IMG/VR virus record: IMGVR_UViG_3300025121_000014
Location: 168,945-232,944 of that record
DNA: 64,000 nucleotides
Origin: a virus
Lineage: Duplodnaviria > Caudoviricetes
Strand: one strand, 5' to 3'
A program made the position numbers and the translations under genes. This document shows, piece by piece, positions 1 to 10,025 of the stretch. Position 1 is the first letter of the stretch; each line of letters starts with the position of its first letter. A model generated the notes under the pieces. That model saw only the letters and a program-made list of their open reading frames with translations. It made no database searches and had not been told where the DNA came from.

Positions 1-480
1 AATTTTAAAAGTTTTATTAATTGCTATAAATGTATTTTTATATTCTTTTTTATTTGTAATTTCTTCAGTAAACCATTTTTCTATTGGTAGCGTATCAATT
101 AATACTTCTGTTTCTGCTTCATATTCACAAACAATTAATTCAGTATCGTAATAAACAATAACATTCATAATTCGTTCAGGATCAATAGAATTAGGTACAG
201 TATATATTTTTCTATTTAATACTTTTCTACCTGCCAATACTATTGATAAATTAAATTCATCTTCTGATATTTTATAAATAACTTCTTTTTTAAATTTACT
301 ATTTTCGTCTACTAATATTAGTTGAAAATCCATATCATTAGTAGATTTAACTAAAACAGATAAACTATCGTGCAATTGACTAAGATAACCTATTGTAGTT
401 TCTACAAAATTGTAATTTTGTAAATCAGGTAATTTTGATTTATCAACTAAATATTTTTTATTTATTGATTTTTTAAACAT
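1..480 (-). CDS. Hypothetical protein, 3' end truncated by the window edge (possibly CYTH-like fold)
   Basis: Not in the ORF track. Hand translation from ATG at 480 is open for 160 codons to the edge (MFKKSINKKYLVDKSKLPDL...IVCEYEAETEVLIDTLP). The CYTH guess rests only on an ExE-like strand. Confidence 0.6.
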   Translation of the reverse strand, partial: MFKKSINKKYLVDKSKLPDLQNYNFVETTIGYLSQLHDSLSVLVKSTNDMDFQLILVDENSKFKKEVIYKISEDEFNLSIVLAGRKVLNRKIYTVPNSIDPERIMNVIVYYDTELIVCEYEAETEVLIDTLPIEKWFTEEITNKKEYKNTFIAINKTFKI

Positions 481-489
481 TGGTTTAAA

Positions 490-669
490 TTATTTTTTTT
501 CTAATATTATCCACAATATGACATATATAAAAAATATTGGAAATATAATAGTGTTGATAACACCAAAAAGTATTCTCCATATAATAGGATCTATATCTGT
601 ATATTCACCTATACCTTCACATACACCACCTATCCAACTATTTTTTTCTATTCTATATAATTTTTTCAT
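490..669 (-). CDS. pspC: PspC-domain membrane protein (59 aa)
   Basis: Hand-translated: MKKLYRIEKNSWIGGVCEGIGEYTDIDPIIWRILF... It has the PspC signature (LYR..GGVC.G..EY..IDP...R) and a hydrophobic C-terminus. Confidence 0.8.
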   Translation of the reverse strand: MKKLYRIEKNSWIGGVCEGIGEYTDIDPIIWRILFGVINTIIFPIFFIYVILWIILEKK

Positions 670-705
670 TTTACAAATATAATAAAAAATAGTAATATAA
701 CAAAA

Positions 706-918
706 TTATTTAGTAGGTAAAATAGCCCAAAGAATTATATAAGTTAATGCAAAAGGAATCCAAGTAAATATAGTTCCTAATATGAATATCAATCTCCACA
801 TCATAGGATCTGTATTTGTATATTCACCTATACCTTCACACACACCACCTAATATTCCTGGGGTTATTCTTCTTAATTTTCTTATCATTTTAAAATAATT
901 ATTTTTTAAATTTATCAT
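706..918 (-). CDS. pspC: PspC-domain membrane protein (paralog of 490-669)
   Basis: GILGGVCEGIGEYTNTDPMMWRLIFIL motif followed by a transmembrane segment. Confidence 0.8.
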   Translation of the reverse strand: MINLKNNYFKMIRKLRRITPGILGGVCEGIGEYTNTDPMMWRLIFILGTIFTWIPFALTYIILWAILPTK

Positions 919-934
919 AATTTTTCATATCAAA

Positions 935-1798
935 TTAGTTAGAAAGCTTATCATAGAAATCTTTCATCTCTTGAATTTGAATACTTAATTCTGGAATAGT
1001 TAAATCTATATCAGTTTCATTAAGAGTACTTAATGTTCTATTACACATAGATGACGCTTCTTTAGGTTCTACTTCTATGTTTAGTTCATAAATATTCGAT
1101 ATCATATTAACTAATTCTTCTTTTGTTACACTATTAGGTGAATATACGTGTTTAACACCTTCCCAATATAAATCATTTTTGATAATATATTCACATACTT
1201 TTGCAAATTGTAGACAAGTAATACCATTCCATGAATGATTAGTATAACCAAATACTTTTTTATCTTTATTCGATTTTATCCATTCAACTAATGATCTAGC
1301 TTGATTAACTTCTTCACCTATAATAGAAGTTCTAACAACAGTCGTATTTGCTGGTTCTCCTAATGATTTAGTTCTACCATAAATATCTGTTACATCATGT
1401 TCAGCATCTTCTTTATAATTACCGTTATTACCACTATATACACAATCCGTAGTTATATGAATTAATTTATAACCTAAAAAATCACAAGCATCTTTTAAAT
1501 CGTATGGGAATAATGAATTGATTTTAATTGCATTTTTCACACCTAATTTATCTACTTGTGGTTTTATAGTACCTATACAATTTATAACAATAACTTCATC
1601 TGTGTTTATTAATTTCATATTATCTAATTTTATCTTTAAGTCGTTTAGAGCGTCTTTTGATGCATCTAATATTGTTCTATCTGTTCCAATAACATCTATA
1701 CCTTTATTTAAAAAATATTTATAAACATATCTTCCTAACATTCCATTCTTACCTAATACTATAATTCTTTTTTTCATTTTATTTGTTTTATTTTTCAT
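935..1798 (-). CDS. RmlD-like NDP-4-keto-6-deoxyhexose reductase (SDR)
   Basis: GKNGMLG Rossmann motif, INCIG, IHITTDCVYSG, YGRTKSLGE. Confidence 0.85.
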   Translation of the reverse strand: MKNKTNKMKKRIIVLGKNGMLGRYVYKYFLNKGIDVIGTDRTILDASKDALNDLKIKLDNMKLINTDEVIVINCIGTIKPQVDKLGVKNAIKINSLFPYDLKDACDFLGYKLIHITTDCVYSGNNGNYKEDAEHDVTDIYGRTKSLGEPANTTVVRTSIIGEEVNQARSLVEWIKSNKDKKVFGYTNHSWNGITCLQFAKVCEYIIKNDLYWEGVKHVYSPNSVTKEELVNMISNIYELNIEVEPKEASSMCNRTLSTLNETDIDLTIPELSIQIQEMKDFYDKLSN

Positions 1799-2205
1799 CT
1801 ATATTCAATATCCCATATATCCCATTTATTATATGATTCTCTAAAATCATCGCCTTTACCTTCTTCCATAGTAACAGTTGAAAAGAATATTACAATTGTA
1901 TCTTCTTCTAATGTTTTAAATCCGTTATAATTTCCAGGTGGAATCCATAATATTTTAGGTGATGTATCACTTAAAACGAATTTATTAATTTCTTCTGTTT
2001 CCATATTAACTATACCTAATGATATAGAACCTTTTGGAACATAAACATATTTTCCTTCTTTTTTATGACCGTGCCAAGCTCTTATAAATCCTTTTTCATG
2101 ATTTTCTACTTGATAAAATCTTTTAACTCCTTCGAAGTTAAAATCATTTACAAATCTTAATGTTCCTCTATCATCCGTAAATAATGCGCCTTTTATTTCT
2201 TTCAT
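1795..2205 (-). CDS. Cupin NDP-sugar 3(,5)-epimerase (RmlC/WxcM-like)
   Basis: FTDDRGTL, IRAWHGHKKE, LWIPPG..NGFKTL cupin motifs. Confidence 0.8.
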   Translation of the reverse strand: MKEIKGALFTDDRGTLRFVNDFNFEGVKRFYQVENHEKGFIRAWHGHKKEGKYVYVPKGSISLGIVNMETEEINKFVLSDTSPKILWIPPGNYNGFKTLEEDTIVIFFSTVTMEEGKGDDFRESYNKWDIWDIEYR

Positions 2206-3170
2206 ATTTTCTTTAAATTGTTTTTATATTTTAGTTTATTTTTAATAAATTGTCCATTATAATATGTATTTTCTTTTACATCACTTATTCTTTTTTCTTT
2301 AAAAATTTTAATCATATTTTTTACTTCTGATTCAATAGTATATAATGGTCGATATTCAAAATTATCCAATAATTTTTTATTACTAACTTTATAATTTCTT
2401 GCATCTTCAAAAGATATTTCAGTATAATTTATTTTAGTTTCAGGAATTACTTTAACTACTCTTTCACCTAATGATTTCATAGTTGTATTTTCTTGAGATA
2501 ATATAAATGTTCCTCTAATATCTTTTCTTACTGCTTCTTCTATATATCCAGCTATATCTTTTATACAAATTAATGGTCTCCATTGTTCTCCACCAAATAT
2601 ATTTATTTCACCATCAAATATAGATTTCATAGTAATCACATTAACTACCAAATCTAATCTAATTCTAGAATAAGTATCTCCAATTCCATAAACAGTTCCT
2701 AATCTAAATATTGTTCCATTTTTATCGGTAATATATTGTTCAGCTTTTAATTTAGTTGAAGCATAAGCTGATAATGGATTTGTAGGACTATTTTCATCTA
2801 ACATATTATTTTGAGCACCATAAACAGAACAAGTACTCAAAAATATTAAATGTTTATCATCAGATATATTATCACATATATTTCTGACAGCTTCATGGTT
2901 TATTTCATTTGTCAGTTCTAAATCAATAGAACAAGCTGGATCACCAACTAATGCGGCCATTATTATTATTACTTCAAAATTTTCTGATAATTCTACTATT
3001 TTGTTAGTATCTCTAATATCACCATATATAAAATTTACATTTTTTAAATATCTAGTTTCATAGACTAATTTATCAAAAATTGTAACATCATAATCTTTAT
3101 CTGTTAGGTAATCGGTAGTATATCCTCCAATATAACCTGCCCCACCTAAAATTAGTATTTTTTTATTCAT
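2202..3170 (-). CDS. NAD-dependent epimerase/dehydratase (SDR)
   Basis: GGAGYIG, STCSVYG, YASTK, FRLGTVYG. Confidence 0.85.
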   Translation of the reverse strand: MNKKILILGGAGYIGGYTTDYLTDKDYDVTIFDKLVYETRYLKNVNFIYGDIRDTNKIVELSENFEVIIIMAALVGDPACSIDLELTNEINHEAVRNICDNISDDKHLIFLSTCSVYGAQNNMLDENSPTNPLSAYASTKLKAEQYITDKNGTIFRLGTVYGIGDTYSRIRLDLVVNVITMKSIFDGEINIFGGEQWRPLICIKDIAGYIEEAVRKDIRGTFILSQENTTMKSLGERVVKVIPETKINYTEISFEDARNYKVSNKKLLDNFEYRPLYTIESEVKNMIKIFKEKRISDVKENTYYNGQFIKNKLKYKNNLKKI

Positions 3171-4261
3171 TATAAAAGTTGATTTAATTTTTCTATAATT
3201 AAGTCTGATGTATTACCATTACCTAACCAATCAGAATTAATTTTTATTTTACCATTTAGTATATCAATTATATACATTGTAGCTTGTGGCCAACTATCAT
3301 CATATTTATTAACATTTAACATTACTGAACAATTATTTTCAACTGATTCTGGTCTTTCAGTAAAATCCCTTGGTACGATAACAGGGGTGTTAAATAACGA
3401 AGGTTCTTCTTGTGCAGTTCCACTATCGGATATAATGAATAAACTATGGTAAACAGCTTCTAAATAGGTTTTAAAAGACATTAAAGGAACAAGTTCTATA
3501 TTTTTTTTATCTAAATCGATATTAAATTTTTTTAGCATTTGTTCAGTTCTACCAAAATTTAACATTTTAATAGGTAAATTAAAAAATGTTTTTGACATAT
3601 CATTAGCATAATTAATAATATTAATTAATCTATGTGGATATTTGAAATTTTCTGGCCTATGAATATCTAATATAATTTGATTATTGCGTTTAGGTGTTTT
3701 AAATATTTCTTCTTGATATTGTTTTGCTACTTCCACAATTGTATTACCGACAACGAATATTTGTTCTTCTTTTATATTTTCTTGTAATGCTTTCTGTTTG
3801 TAATTTTCGTGATATACAAATAAATAATCTGAACAATGATCACAAACAACTCTATTTATTTCTTCTAACATTCTTTTATCATAACTTCTCATACCAGCTT
3901 CAATATGACCGATAGTATATCCTTCTTTTTTCAAAGATACAGCACAAGCTGCCGAATTAGAATCACCTAAAAATAATATCATATCAGGTTTTAAATTTTC
4001 ATTTCTAATTAATTCTATTATTTTAATTGATAAATCACCTAATTGATGGAAATGTTCTTTTCCTTTACCACCTATTTCTAAATTATAATCAGGTTTTCTA
4101 ATTTTTAGTTCATCAAAGAATACATCAGATAATAATTTATCATAATGCTGTCCACTATGAATTAAAATATGATTAAAATTATCATCTAATTTTTTAAAGA
4201 TTGTAGACATTCTAATAAAGTCTGGTCTTATTCCTGTTATTGTTATTATAGTTTTTTTCAT
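3170..4261 (-). CDS. wecB: Non-hydrolysing UDP-N-acetylhexosamine 2-epimerase (WecB/WbjD-like)
   Basis: GIRPDFIRM, HSGQHYD, HIEAGMRS..MLEEINR, SDSGTAQEE, TERPE. Confidence 0.9.
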   Translation of the reverse strand: MKKTIITITGIRPDFIRMSTIFKKLDDNFNHILIHSGQHYDKLLSDVFFDELKIRKPDYNLEIGGKGKEHFHQLGDLSIKIIELIRNENLKPDMILFLGDSNSAACAVSLKKEGYTIGHIEAGMRSYDKRMLEEINRVVCDHCSDYLFVYHENYKQKALQENIKEEQIFVVGNTIVEVAKQYQEEIFKTPKRNNQIILDIHRPENFKYPHRLINIINYANDMSKTFFNLPIKMLNFGRTEQMLKKFNIDLDKKNIELVPLMSFKTYLEAVYHSLFIISDSGTAQEEPSLFNTPVIVPRDFTERPESVENNCSVMLNVNKYDDSWPQATMYIIDILNGKIKINSDWLGNGNTSDLIIEKLNQLL

Positions 4262-4283
4262 ATTGTTTATATATGAAAAATCA

Positions 4284-5327
4284 TTAAAAGTTATTTTTTA
4301 AATCAAATTTCATTATAATTTCAACTAATTCTTTAAATTTAACTTTTGGTTCCCATCCTAATATATTTTTAGCTTTTGAATAATCACCGATTAAAATATC
4401 TACTTCTGCTGGTCTAAAATATTTAGGGTCAATTTCTATAATAATTTTACCTGTTTTTTTATCTATTCCTTTTTCATCTAATCCTTCCCCGAACCATTCA
4501 ATATTAAACATTGTATATTTATCTGTTTCTTTTATAAATTCTCTTATAGAATGTGTTTCGTTAGTTGCTAAAATAAAATCGTCAGGTTTATCTTGTTGTA
4601 ACATTAGCCACATACCTTCTACATAATCCGGTGCATAACCCCAATCTCTTTTTGAATCCAAATTACCTAATTTTAATGTATTATATTCTTCATTATTTTG
4701 AATAGATTTTTGTATATTTGATAATGTAGTAGTAATTTTTCTAGTTACAAATGTTTCACCTCTACGTTTTGATTCGTGGTTGAATAATATTCCATTAGAT
4801 ATAAATAAATTATAACTTTCTTTATAGTTTTTACAAATCCAATATGAATATAATTTAGCTACACCGTAAGGACTTCTTGGATAAAACGGAGTAGTTTCTT
4901 TTTGTGGAATTTCTTGTACTAAACCAAATAATTCTGAAGTCGTAGCATTATAAAATTTACAATTAGGTGTGTGTTTTTTCATTGCTTCTAATAATTTCAA
5001 TGTTCCTAAAGCATCTACTTGACCAGTGTATTCAGGTATTGAAAAAGATACATGAACGTGTGATTGTGCTGCAAGATTATAAATTTCATCTGGTTTAGTT
5101 TTAAATATAATATTATCTAATGATAACGAATCGCTCATATCACCGTAATGTAATTTTAAATTTGGATTATTGTAAATATGATTTATCCTACCTGTATTAA
5201 ATGAACTAGAACGTCTTATTATACCGTGTACTTCATATCCTTTATTAAGAAGTAATTCTGCTAAATAACTTCCATCTTGACCTGTCACACCCGTAATCAA
5301 CGCTATTTTTTTTCTTTTATTTTTCAT
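4284..5327 (-). CDS. gmd: GDP-mannose 4,6-dehydratase
   Basis: [51 protein letters not shown]. Confidence 0.97.
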   Translation of the reverse strand: MKNKRKKIALITGVTGQDGSYLAELLLNKGYEVHGIIRRSSSFNTGRINHIYNNPNLKLHYGDMSDSLSLDNIIFKTKPDEIYNLAAQSHVHVSFSIPEYTGQVDALGTLKLLEAMKKHTPNCKFYNATTSELFGLVQEIPQKETTPFYPRSPYGVAKLYSYWICKNYKESYNLFISNGILFNHESKRRGETFVTRKITTTLSNIQKSIQNNEEYNTLKLGNLDSKRDWGYAPDYVEGMWLMLQQDKPDDFILATNETHSIREFIKETDKYTMFNIEWFGEGLDEKGIDKKTGKIIIEIDPKYFRPAEVDILIGDYSKAKNILGWEPKVKFKELVEIIMKFDLKNNF

Positions 5328-5356
5328 TTATATATTTTATTTTTTTGATATATAGT

Positions 5357-6217
5357 TCATAAGTTAAATTTATCACCAATCATCATTTTAAGATTATCTT
5401 CATACCACATTTCATGATTTGTTTTTTCAAATTTATGGTTAGCTATTTTTTCTGGTATTTCGTTTGGATTATTAAAATAAATACAATCTTCAAATTGCAA
5501 TTCTTCATAATATCTTTCCATTCCTGGTTTTATTTGTTGAATTGGTATCGAACCTACAAATAAAATTTCCCAAAATCTAGGAGGAATAGATATTGCTGTA
5601 CTAATAGGGGCAACTACATATTTGTACTGGCTTATTAAATTAATATAATCTTCTGTACTTCTTTTATTATCATCTCTTTTAAAAACATCTACTTCAATAA
5701 CTTTACTAACTTTTTCTAAAATATCTTTCCTTTCCTTATGCCATGAAGCTTCATATTGTCCAACAAAAACCGCTTTATTTATTTTTGTTTCTGATATATT
5801 AAATTTATTTTTAAAATTTTTAGAAATTAAACATTTATTTAAATATTTATGATTATATCTTGCTGCATCTTCAATATCAATAAAAAACTGTGTAACATTT
5901 TTCATATTATCAATAGTTCTTTGATAATCTTCATTCCAAGGAAATGCAGAATTCCAAACTTTTTCGACATTTAAAATAACTACTTGAATATCACTATTAT
6001 CTAATCTTTTAATAAAATCTGAATAATTCCATTGTTCATTATTAGGAATAAAATGTTCATCTAATATAAATAATATATCAACTTTATCTAATGTAGATAT
6101 ATTTTTGTCATATATAAATACATTATCATTTGGAAACAAATTTATAATTGCATAATACCAATTTTGTATTATCATACAATAGGTATAATTACTACTTATT
6201 ATGCATATATTTCTCAT
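5357..6217 (-). CDS. Putative glycosyltransferase (GT-B, CgeB-like C-terminus)
   Basis: YKYVVAP...RFWEILFVGSIPI motif; paralogous to 8475-9320; lies in the sugar cluster. Confidence 0.55.
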   Translation of the reverse strand: MRNICIISSNYTYCMIIQNWYYAIINLFPNDNVFIYDKNISTLDKVDILFILDEHFIPNNEQWNYSDFIKRLDNSDIQVVILNVEKVWNSAFPWNEDYQRTIDNMKNVTQFFIDIEDAARYNHKYLNKCLISKNFKNKFNISETKINKAVFVGQYEASWHKERKDILEKVSKVIEVDVFKRDDNKRSTEDYINLISQYKYVVAPISTAISIPPRFWEILFVGSIPIQQIKPGMERYYEELQFEDCIYFNNPNEIPEKIANHKFEKTNHEMWYEDNLKMMIGDKFNL

Positions 6218-6220
6218 ATT

Positions 6221-7390
6221 TTAATTTATTTTTTTATTTACAATATCACATATAAATAATATTTCATCTTTTGTTATTTGATGATTATTAGGTAAATACA
6301 ATCCATATTTATCTACGTTATCAGCAAAATCAAATGATTGTTTTCCGTACATATCTATCCAAAATGGTTGATTTCCTATATTGCCACATATTAAAGGTCT
6401 ATTATCAATATTATTATTATTTAATTCTTTTACAATATCATCAATTTTAGGTGATATAATTGGATAAGCAAAATTAGAAATATAATTATAATCATAATCA
6501 GTTATTTTCCAATAATCATTTTTTATATTTTTTTGATATAATTTATAATTTTTATTTCTAATTTTATTATGTTTATCTATTTTATTTAATTGATTAATTC
6601 CTATGAAAGCCTGTAAATCTGTTGACCTAAGATTAAAACCAGGTACAAAAAAAGAATACAACGATTTAAAATCAGTAATATTATAATTGTTTTTTAATTT
6701 AGTTTGTTCATTTTCTTCTAAATCTCTAGACCAACCATGACTTCTTATAGATAATAGAATATTATATAATTCTTCATTATTTGTAGATACCATACCACCT
6801 TCTATAGTTGACATATGATGTCCAAAATAAAAAGAAAAAGAACTCATTAAACCAAATGTTCCTGTTTTATTTCCTTTATATTCTGTTCCAATACTTTCAC
6901 AAGAATCTTCTAATAATTGTACATCATATTTATTACAAATTTCTAATATTTCATCCATTTTATTAGGAAAGGCTAATGCATGAACAATTATTAACGATGA
7001 TGGATTTTCTGTTTTACATAAATATTCTAAATGTTCTAAATCTATACCTAGTGTATCTTTATCACATTCACATAAGATCGGGGTTAATCCTAAATGTATA
7101 GTCGGGGAAACCGTTGTTACCCAAGATACACTAGGAACTACGATTTTATTATTTTTTAATCGTTTTGATAAAATCAAAGAATATACCATTGCTAAATTAG
7201 CTGATGATCCCGAATTTAAATATACAGAATATTTAACTCCTAACCATTTTGACCATTTTTTTTCAAATTCTATTGTTAAACTTCCTTTCGTCAATTTAGG
7301 ATTTGTTTTTAACCACTTTCTTAATAATTTTATATCTTTCTTATCTATTGTATCTTTAACTAGCGGAATATTTAAATTTTTTAATGTCAT
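6221..7390 (-). CDS. colD: DegT-family PLP enzyme, ColD-like GDP-4-keto-6-deoxymannose 3-dehydratase
   Basis: NSGSSANL, EDSCES, SFYFGHHMSTIEGG (His where aminotransferases have Lys), RSHGWSR, GFNLR; no Fe-S Cys motif. Confidence 0.75.
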   Translation of the reverse strand: MTLKNLNIPLVKDTIDKKDIKLLRKWLKTNPKLTKGSLTIEFEKKWSKWLGVKYSVYLNSGSSANLAMVYSLILSKRLKNNKIVVPSVSWVTTVSPTIHLGLTPILCECDKDTLGIDLEHLEYLCKTENPSSLIIVHALAFPNKMDEILEICNKYDVQLLEDSCESIGTEYKGNKTGTFGLMSSFSFYFGHHMSTIEGGMVSTNNEELYNILLSIRSHGWSRDLEENEQTKLKNNYNITDFKSLYSFFVPGFNLRSTDLQAFIGINQLNKIDKHNKIRNKNYKLYQKNIKNDYWKITDYDYNYISNFAYPIISPKIDDIVKELNNNNIDNRPLICGNIGNQPFWIDMYGKQSFDFADNVDKYGLYLPNNHQITKDEILFICDIVNKKIN

Positions 7391-8141
7391 CTATTGTATC
7401 ATCCATTATTTTTTGATATTTATATTTAGTACTATTTAAATAAAATATTTTTCTTTTTAATAATAAATTATGATCAAAATTTTCTGTAACTAATTCATTA
7501 TAATTTAAATCGAATTTATTATATAATTCTCTAATAAAATCATTAATATATATTAATCTACCTGAGCCTACAATTTCATCATCTAATGCTATTATTGATT
7601 TTTCTATAATATATTTTGGATGAATTATATCTCTATAAAAATACGTATTGCCTATTTCTATTGAACTTTCATTAATTATAGAATCAAAAATTTTACTAAA
7701 TAAAAATCCTTTTTTTCTATATGGACTATTGAAATTAAACGGATAAATTATAATGACATTATTATAATTTTCTTTTATATAATTACTAATCATTTCTTTT
7801 GATTTTATATAAGGTGAATAATTATAACTATAATTTAGACTTAAATCAATAGGACCTTCACAATTATTCCATAATTCACACGTAGAATAATAAACTATCT
7901 TATTACATCTATCTTTAAAAAAATCAATCACTTTAATAGTATAATAAAAATTTATATTAATAAATAATTGATCGTCATTTTCTATAAATGTTCTTTGCTC
8001 TGCAAAAGTGATATATACTCTGTCAAATTTATCATTTTTATATTTATCAAAATCTATATTACGTGATGATATTTTTATATAATCATCTGGAAAATAATAT
8101 GATAATTGTGATGTATTACCTATTACTAAGTTATTCTTCAT
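7356..8141 (-). CDS. Atypical SDR-like epimerase/reductase
   Basis: Degenerate Rossmann start (IGNTSQLS), YSTCELW, YIKSK (YxxxK-like), RDIIHP. Confidence 0.55.
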   Translation of the reverse strand: MKNNLVIGNTSQLSYYFPDDYIKISSRNIDFDKYKNDKFDRVYITFAEQRTFIENDDQLFININFYYTIKVIDFFKDRCNKIVYYSTCELWNNCEGPIDLSLNYSYNYSPYIKSKEMISNYIKENYNNVIIIYPFNFNSPYRKKGFLFSKIFDSIINESSIEIGNTYFYRDIIHPKYIIEKSIIALDDEIVGSGRLIYINDFIRELYNKFDLNYNELVTENFDHNLLLKRKIFYLNSTKYKYQKIMDDTIDDIKKFKYSAS

Positions 8142-8478
8142 GTCCTTTATATAATTTTACTGAATCTTCAATTAAAGATTTATTTTGTTTTATTGATTTA
8201 TCAATCATTCTATTTATAGCTTCTACATATTTAGGTCTTTTTTGTTTAAAACAAATATCTATTTTCTTTTTATATTTAGCTATATCTTCATCATTTGTTG
8301 ATTCACCTATAACATCTTCTAGATACCACATTCTACAATGAAGTATAGATAATTTTTCTATTACTTCTCCTATATTATCAGTTTCTATTAAATCGTTTGG
8401 TAAATCAACTTCTTTACTATTATTCAATGTTTCATGAACTATATTTTTTATTACTTCTTCTATTTTTTCTCCTATCAT
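8131..8478 (-). CDS. Hypothetical helical protein (DUF4254-like)
   Basis: IEKLSILHCRMWYLED...R...VEAI pattern resembles small proteins of Bacteroidota glycan loci. Confidence 0.5.
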   Translation of the reverse strand: MIGEKIEEVIKNIVHETLNNSKEVDLPNDLIETDNIGEVIEKLSILHCRMWYLEDVIGESTNDEDIAKYKKKIDICFKQKRPKYVEAINRMIDKSIKQNKSLIEDSVKLYKGHEE

Positions 8479-9320
8479 AACAAATTATCATTTTTTAATA
8501 ATTTACCTATTGTATCTTCTAGCCATATCATATTATAACTATTATTTAATTTGCAATTATTTATTTTGTTTTTTAATTCAGATATATTTTCAAAAAATAT
8601 ACAATCATCAAATTGTGATTCTATATCATAATATTTTAATGTATTATTTTTTACTTCTTGTATAGGTATTGATTTAGCTAATAATATTTCATAAAATCTC
8701 ATTGGAAAAAAATGTGCATTACCAAAAGGTGAAATAACAAATTTATATTTTGCTAATTTATGAATATATTCTATCCAAGTCATATTATTACTTTCAATTA
8801 TATCTATTGGTATAATATTACTTATATGATTTAAAAGATTACGTCTTTTTTCATAACCTACACTACCTATAAATATTGCTTTATTTAATTTATCTTGTTC
8901 TTGAATTTGCCCCAAAAAACTTTGAACATACTTTGATGGTGGCATTCTATTAAATCTTTTATTTAATTTTATGACATCATCTACATCAGACACATATTGA
9001 TAAACATTATTAAATTTATTTACATATTCTTGATTTTCAACATTCCAAAAATAATCTGAATCCATAATACGTTCATTATTAAATATAATAACAATTATGT
9101 TGTTATTATTACATTCATTTATAAATTCTATATTCTTCCATATTTCTTTATTTTGTATATGGTGTTCATCTCCTATACACAATATTTCTATATCATTTAA
9201 ATCATTTATATTTTTAACTATTGTTAAATTTTTATAATGATACAGTATCGAATGATAATAACTTTGAAATAATGGATGTTTTTGGAAATTTAAATCACAT
9301 ATTATACCTACATTTTTCAT
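8475..9320 (-). CDS. Putative glycosyltransferase (paralog of 5357-6217)
   Basis: YKFVISP...RFYEILLAKSIPIQ motif. Confidence 0.55.
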   Translation of the reverse strand: MKNVGIICDLNFQKHPLFQSYYHSILYHYKNLTIVKNINDLNDIEILCIGDEHHIQNKEIWKNIEFINECNNNNIIVIIFNNERIMDSDYFWNVENQEYVNKFNNVYQYVSDVDDVIKLNKRFNRMPPSKYVQSFLGQIQEQDKLNKAIFIGSVGYEKRRNLLNHISNIIPIDIIESNNMTWIEYIHKLAKYKFVISPFGNAHFFPMRFYEILLAKSIPIQEVKNNTLKYYDIESQFDDCIFFENISELKNKINNCKLNNSYNMIWLEDTIGKLLKNDNLL

Positions 9321-9328
9321 TTAATTTA

Positions 9329-10009
9329 TTATTTTTTAGCTAATATCCAAGTTATTATTGGACAATCTATTTCATTAAATCCTGGTCTACTACTATAATT
9401 ATAATCTGACCAACCACTTGTAAATAAAGTATTTAAATATTGTCTATTTCCCCATTGACCAATTTCTAATATTTCAAAACCAGCTAATTTTGTCATAACT
9501 CCTAATCCTGATGGTGTTATACCAGTATAATAATGTTCGGGTGTACTATGTGGAATATTATTAGCTGGAACATTAGCATAAAAAATACCACCATCACATA
9601 AATGGTTATAAATATTTTTTAAACATAATATGGGATTATATAAATGTTCTATTGTTTGATTTATCATCAAAAAATCAAAATCTTTTTTATCTAAATTTAA
9701 AGTATGTAAATCATTATTAATAATATCTTCCGAATAATTATAATTAGTTATATTTTCGTAATTCATATACTCATATTCTGGATCAGAAGAACCATTAAAT
9801 GATAAAACATTTTTGAAAAAAAATCCATATTTTATCATATATCGTTCAAATTCTAAAAGTGATATAACTCTTGGAAAATCTTTACCTTCCCATTTCCATT
9901 TTTTAGTTGGTTTTTGTGGTGGTAAAGGAACATATCTATTTTTATATTCTTCTGTCTCATTTATTTTGATATATTTATTATAAATATCATAAATTTCATT
10001 TTGATTCAT
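9329..10009 (-). CDS. Class I SAM-dependent methyltransferase
   Basis: FDFLMINQTIEHLYNPILCLKNIYNHLCDGG (Methyltransf_11-like). Confidence 0.75.
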   Translation of the reverse strand: MNQNEIYDIYNKYIKINETEEYKNRYVPLPPQKPTKKWKWEGKDFPRVISLLEFERYMIKYGFFFKNVLSFNGSSDPEYEYMNYENITNYNYSEDIINNDLHTLNLDKKDFDFLMINQTIEHLYNPILCLKNIYNHLCDGGIFYANVPANNIPHSTPEHYYTGITPSGLGVMTKLAGFEILEIGQWGNRQYLNTLFTSGWSDYNYSSRPGFNEIDCPIITWILAKK

Positions 10010-10025
10010 AATTTATTGTTATTTT

